A DNA stretch of 63,971 nucleotides, the filler included, from Octopus bimaculoides (taxonomy: Eukaryota), in the NCBI RefSeq assembly GCF_001194135.2. It is 6 parts of 6 records of this genome, joined end to end, with 100 filler letters (N's around TTAATTAATTAA, not from the genome) between each part and the next. Parts side by side here need not be neighbours in the genome. Positions count along the whole stretch, not along the records: positions 61,092 to 62,788 come from NW_026406634.1; positions 62,889 to 63,971 come from NW_026333431.1; 4 more parts are not named here. One strand, given 5' to 3'. Below, in pieces: positions 62,280 through 63,971 of this stretch. Below the pieces are notes generated by a model that saw nothing but the letters and a program-made list of their open reading frames with translations, made no database searches and had not been told where the DNA came from. A program made the translations under genes and the position numbers. Numbering within the stretch: position 1 is the first letter of the stretch; the number at the start of each line of letters is the position of its first letter.

Positions 62280-62436
62280 TTACATTATTTATATTTGACG
62301 GATATTTGCCCTCTACTTGTTTGTTGTTAACACAACGTTTCGATTGATATACCTTCCGGCCTTCATCAGGTGCCTTGGGAAATTTCGAACCTGGGTTCTC
62401 ATTCCTAAGGTATTTTCTATGTTATTATTATTATTA
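62280..62436 (-). mobile_element. Short Penelope-pLTR-like element carrying a hammerhead-like core
   Basis: Minus strand reads (AAT)n...GGCAC CTGATGA A GGCCG GAAGGTATAT CAATC GAAAC GTT GTGTT. CTGATGA...GAAAC is the hallmark of PLE-associated minimal hammerheads. The family assignment is inferred. Confidence 0.5.
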
Positions 62437-62645
62437 NNNNNNNNNNNNNNNNNNNNNNNNNNNNNNNNNNNNNNNNNNNNNNNNNNNNNNNNNNNNNNNN
62501 NNNNNNNNNNNNNNNNNNNNNNNNNNNNNNNNNNNNNNNNNNNNNNNNNNNNNNNNNNNNNNNNNNNNNNNNNNNNNNNNNNNNNNNNNNNNNNNNNNNN
62601 NNNNNNNNNNNNNNNNNNNNNNNNNNNNNNNNNNNNNNNNNNNNN

Positions 62646-62788
62646 GAATATTTTTTTATCATACCTAATGCGCCCACTATGATAGGAATTGTTTCCGTTT
62701 TTAGATTCCACATTCGAGTTACCTCCATTTCCAGGTCGTTGTATTTTGAAAGTTTCTCCATTTCGTTTAGAGAAACGTTGTCATCTGC
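62646..62788 (-). mobile_element. R4/Dong-like LINE fragment (REL region)
   Basis: MEKLSKYNDLEMEVTRMWNLKTETIPIIVGALGMIKKY: typical EK..KY.DL...W......IPIIVGALG motif. Bounded by gaps. Confidence 0.85.
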
Positions 62789-62888
62789 NNNNNNNNNNNN
62801 NNNNNNNNNNNNNNNNNNNNNNNNNNNNNNNNTTAATTAATTAANNNNNNNNNNNNNNNNNNNNNNNNNNNNNNNNNNNNNNNNNNNN
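62789..62888. other. Artificial scaffold join
   Basis: Same layout. Confidence 0.95.
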
Positions 62889-63971
62889 TGTATATATATA
62901 TATGTATATAAATTTGTTTTAAATTTTTTGTTTCAATTGTTTGTCTTTCAATGTTAAATTAGTTGTTTTTATTTTCATTTTTTTTTCAAATTATTCTTTA
63001 TAAAAGCCATATTTCCTAAATTAAGAGATATATAATTATATGTTAGTTCTTTAGTAATGGAGTGGGTTTAATTTCCTACTGTTTCAAATCACTGTAAATA
63101 ATCGCGATGCAAAATGGTATTTTACATTTGAAGTATTTACATTAATCATTTTTATATTTTAAACATTTAAAAAAAATAAATTAAGCTACAATAGTTTATC
63201 AATATCAAATTATTCCAATTTCTCTGTTTTTCATAAGTAGTTAGGTAATGAAATAATGGAAAACTGTACTTATGAAACAGATTAACTAGCTCTAAGTTGT
63301 ACATGTTTCTGTAATGTCCTATTCCTTAACTGATACCAATTTCCTTTTACCTGAATATCATATAAGGTAATACAGGATTTAAGAGTGATTCAGCATTGGT
63401 AAATAATGTTAGCATGGCATGCTGGGTTCAAATCATGCATTGTACTCTTACACAGTTCCATTTTCTAAATAATTAAGCAGTTGCATAAAAAAATTTCAGT
63501 TGTGAATCGCAGCCATGTGAAAGATGCATAATTTGAACACTTGCCTCAGCTAATCAAAATTATCATAAATGTTTTTTTTTTTTGTAAGAGCCAAATAGGT
63601 AGTCATAAAGTTTGTTTGATCAAGTTTCTTTCTTGGTACCTAGAAGTCAGGTCCTTGGTAATGAATTAGTTTAAATTTAATAATCATATGTGTTTAAAAA
63701 AAATGAGTTAAAATGTTAAATACTTAAAATATACAGTAAATCAATGTTCATTAAATCTGTTATTTAAACTACATGAAACGGTTTCATGACAGGAGGTATA
63801 TCACAATTGCTTATTGACTCAGATTATTAATTATTTTAATAACGAATAAGAGTACTTGGACCATTAATTATAATATCAATAAGGGAAACATCAATTATTG
63901 AATTGATAACGAATAGAAATTCTTGAAATAGTAAAAGTAAAGTATGTGTATATATGTATATATATATATAT

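Overview
AT-rich, repeat-dense eukaryotic DNA, very probably from an octopus (inferred from coleoid-type p53 exons and the SINE families). The window is not one continuous sequence: five artificial 100-bp joins (44 N + TTAATTAATTAA + 44 N) cut it into six pieces, and there are further N gaps. Two partial protein-coding genes lie on the minus strand. (1) The last three exons of the molluscan p53/p63/p73-family gene (linker 46340-46128, 94-nt SAM exon 44556-44463, terminal SAM-helix/TID exon 42263-42015) splice in frame via GT-AG. (2) Two adjacent FERM-domain exons of an FRMPD4/Preso-like gene (19482-19346 and 14431-14212) also splice in frame. I did not find the other exons of either gene. The rest is mostly tRNA-derived and RTE-type SINEs, Tc1/mariner fossils (Himar1-like DD34D, a DD41D-like element), hAT, piggyBac-like and mariner MITEs, R4/Dong-like LINE fragments, a Helentron-like element, microsatellites and a 52-bp minisatellite. 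Best leads: a p63/p73 beta-type exon-skip product ending ISKV; a decayed duplicate of an FRMPD4 exon; a minimal hammerhead-like motif; a CpG-decay map readable from SINE copies; and a trimeric higher-order minisatellite whose indels keep a frame open. No prokaryotic features or CRISPR arrays. I see no clear new biological system, only these testable leads.
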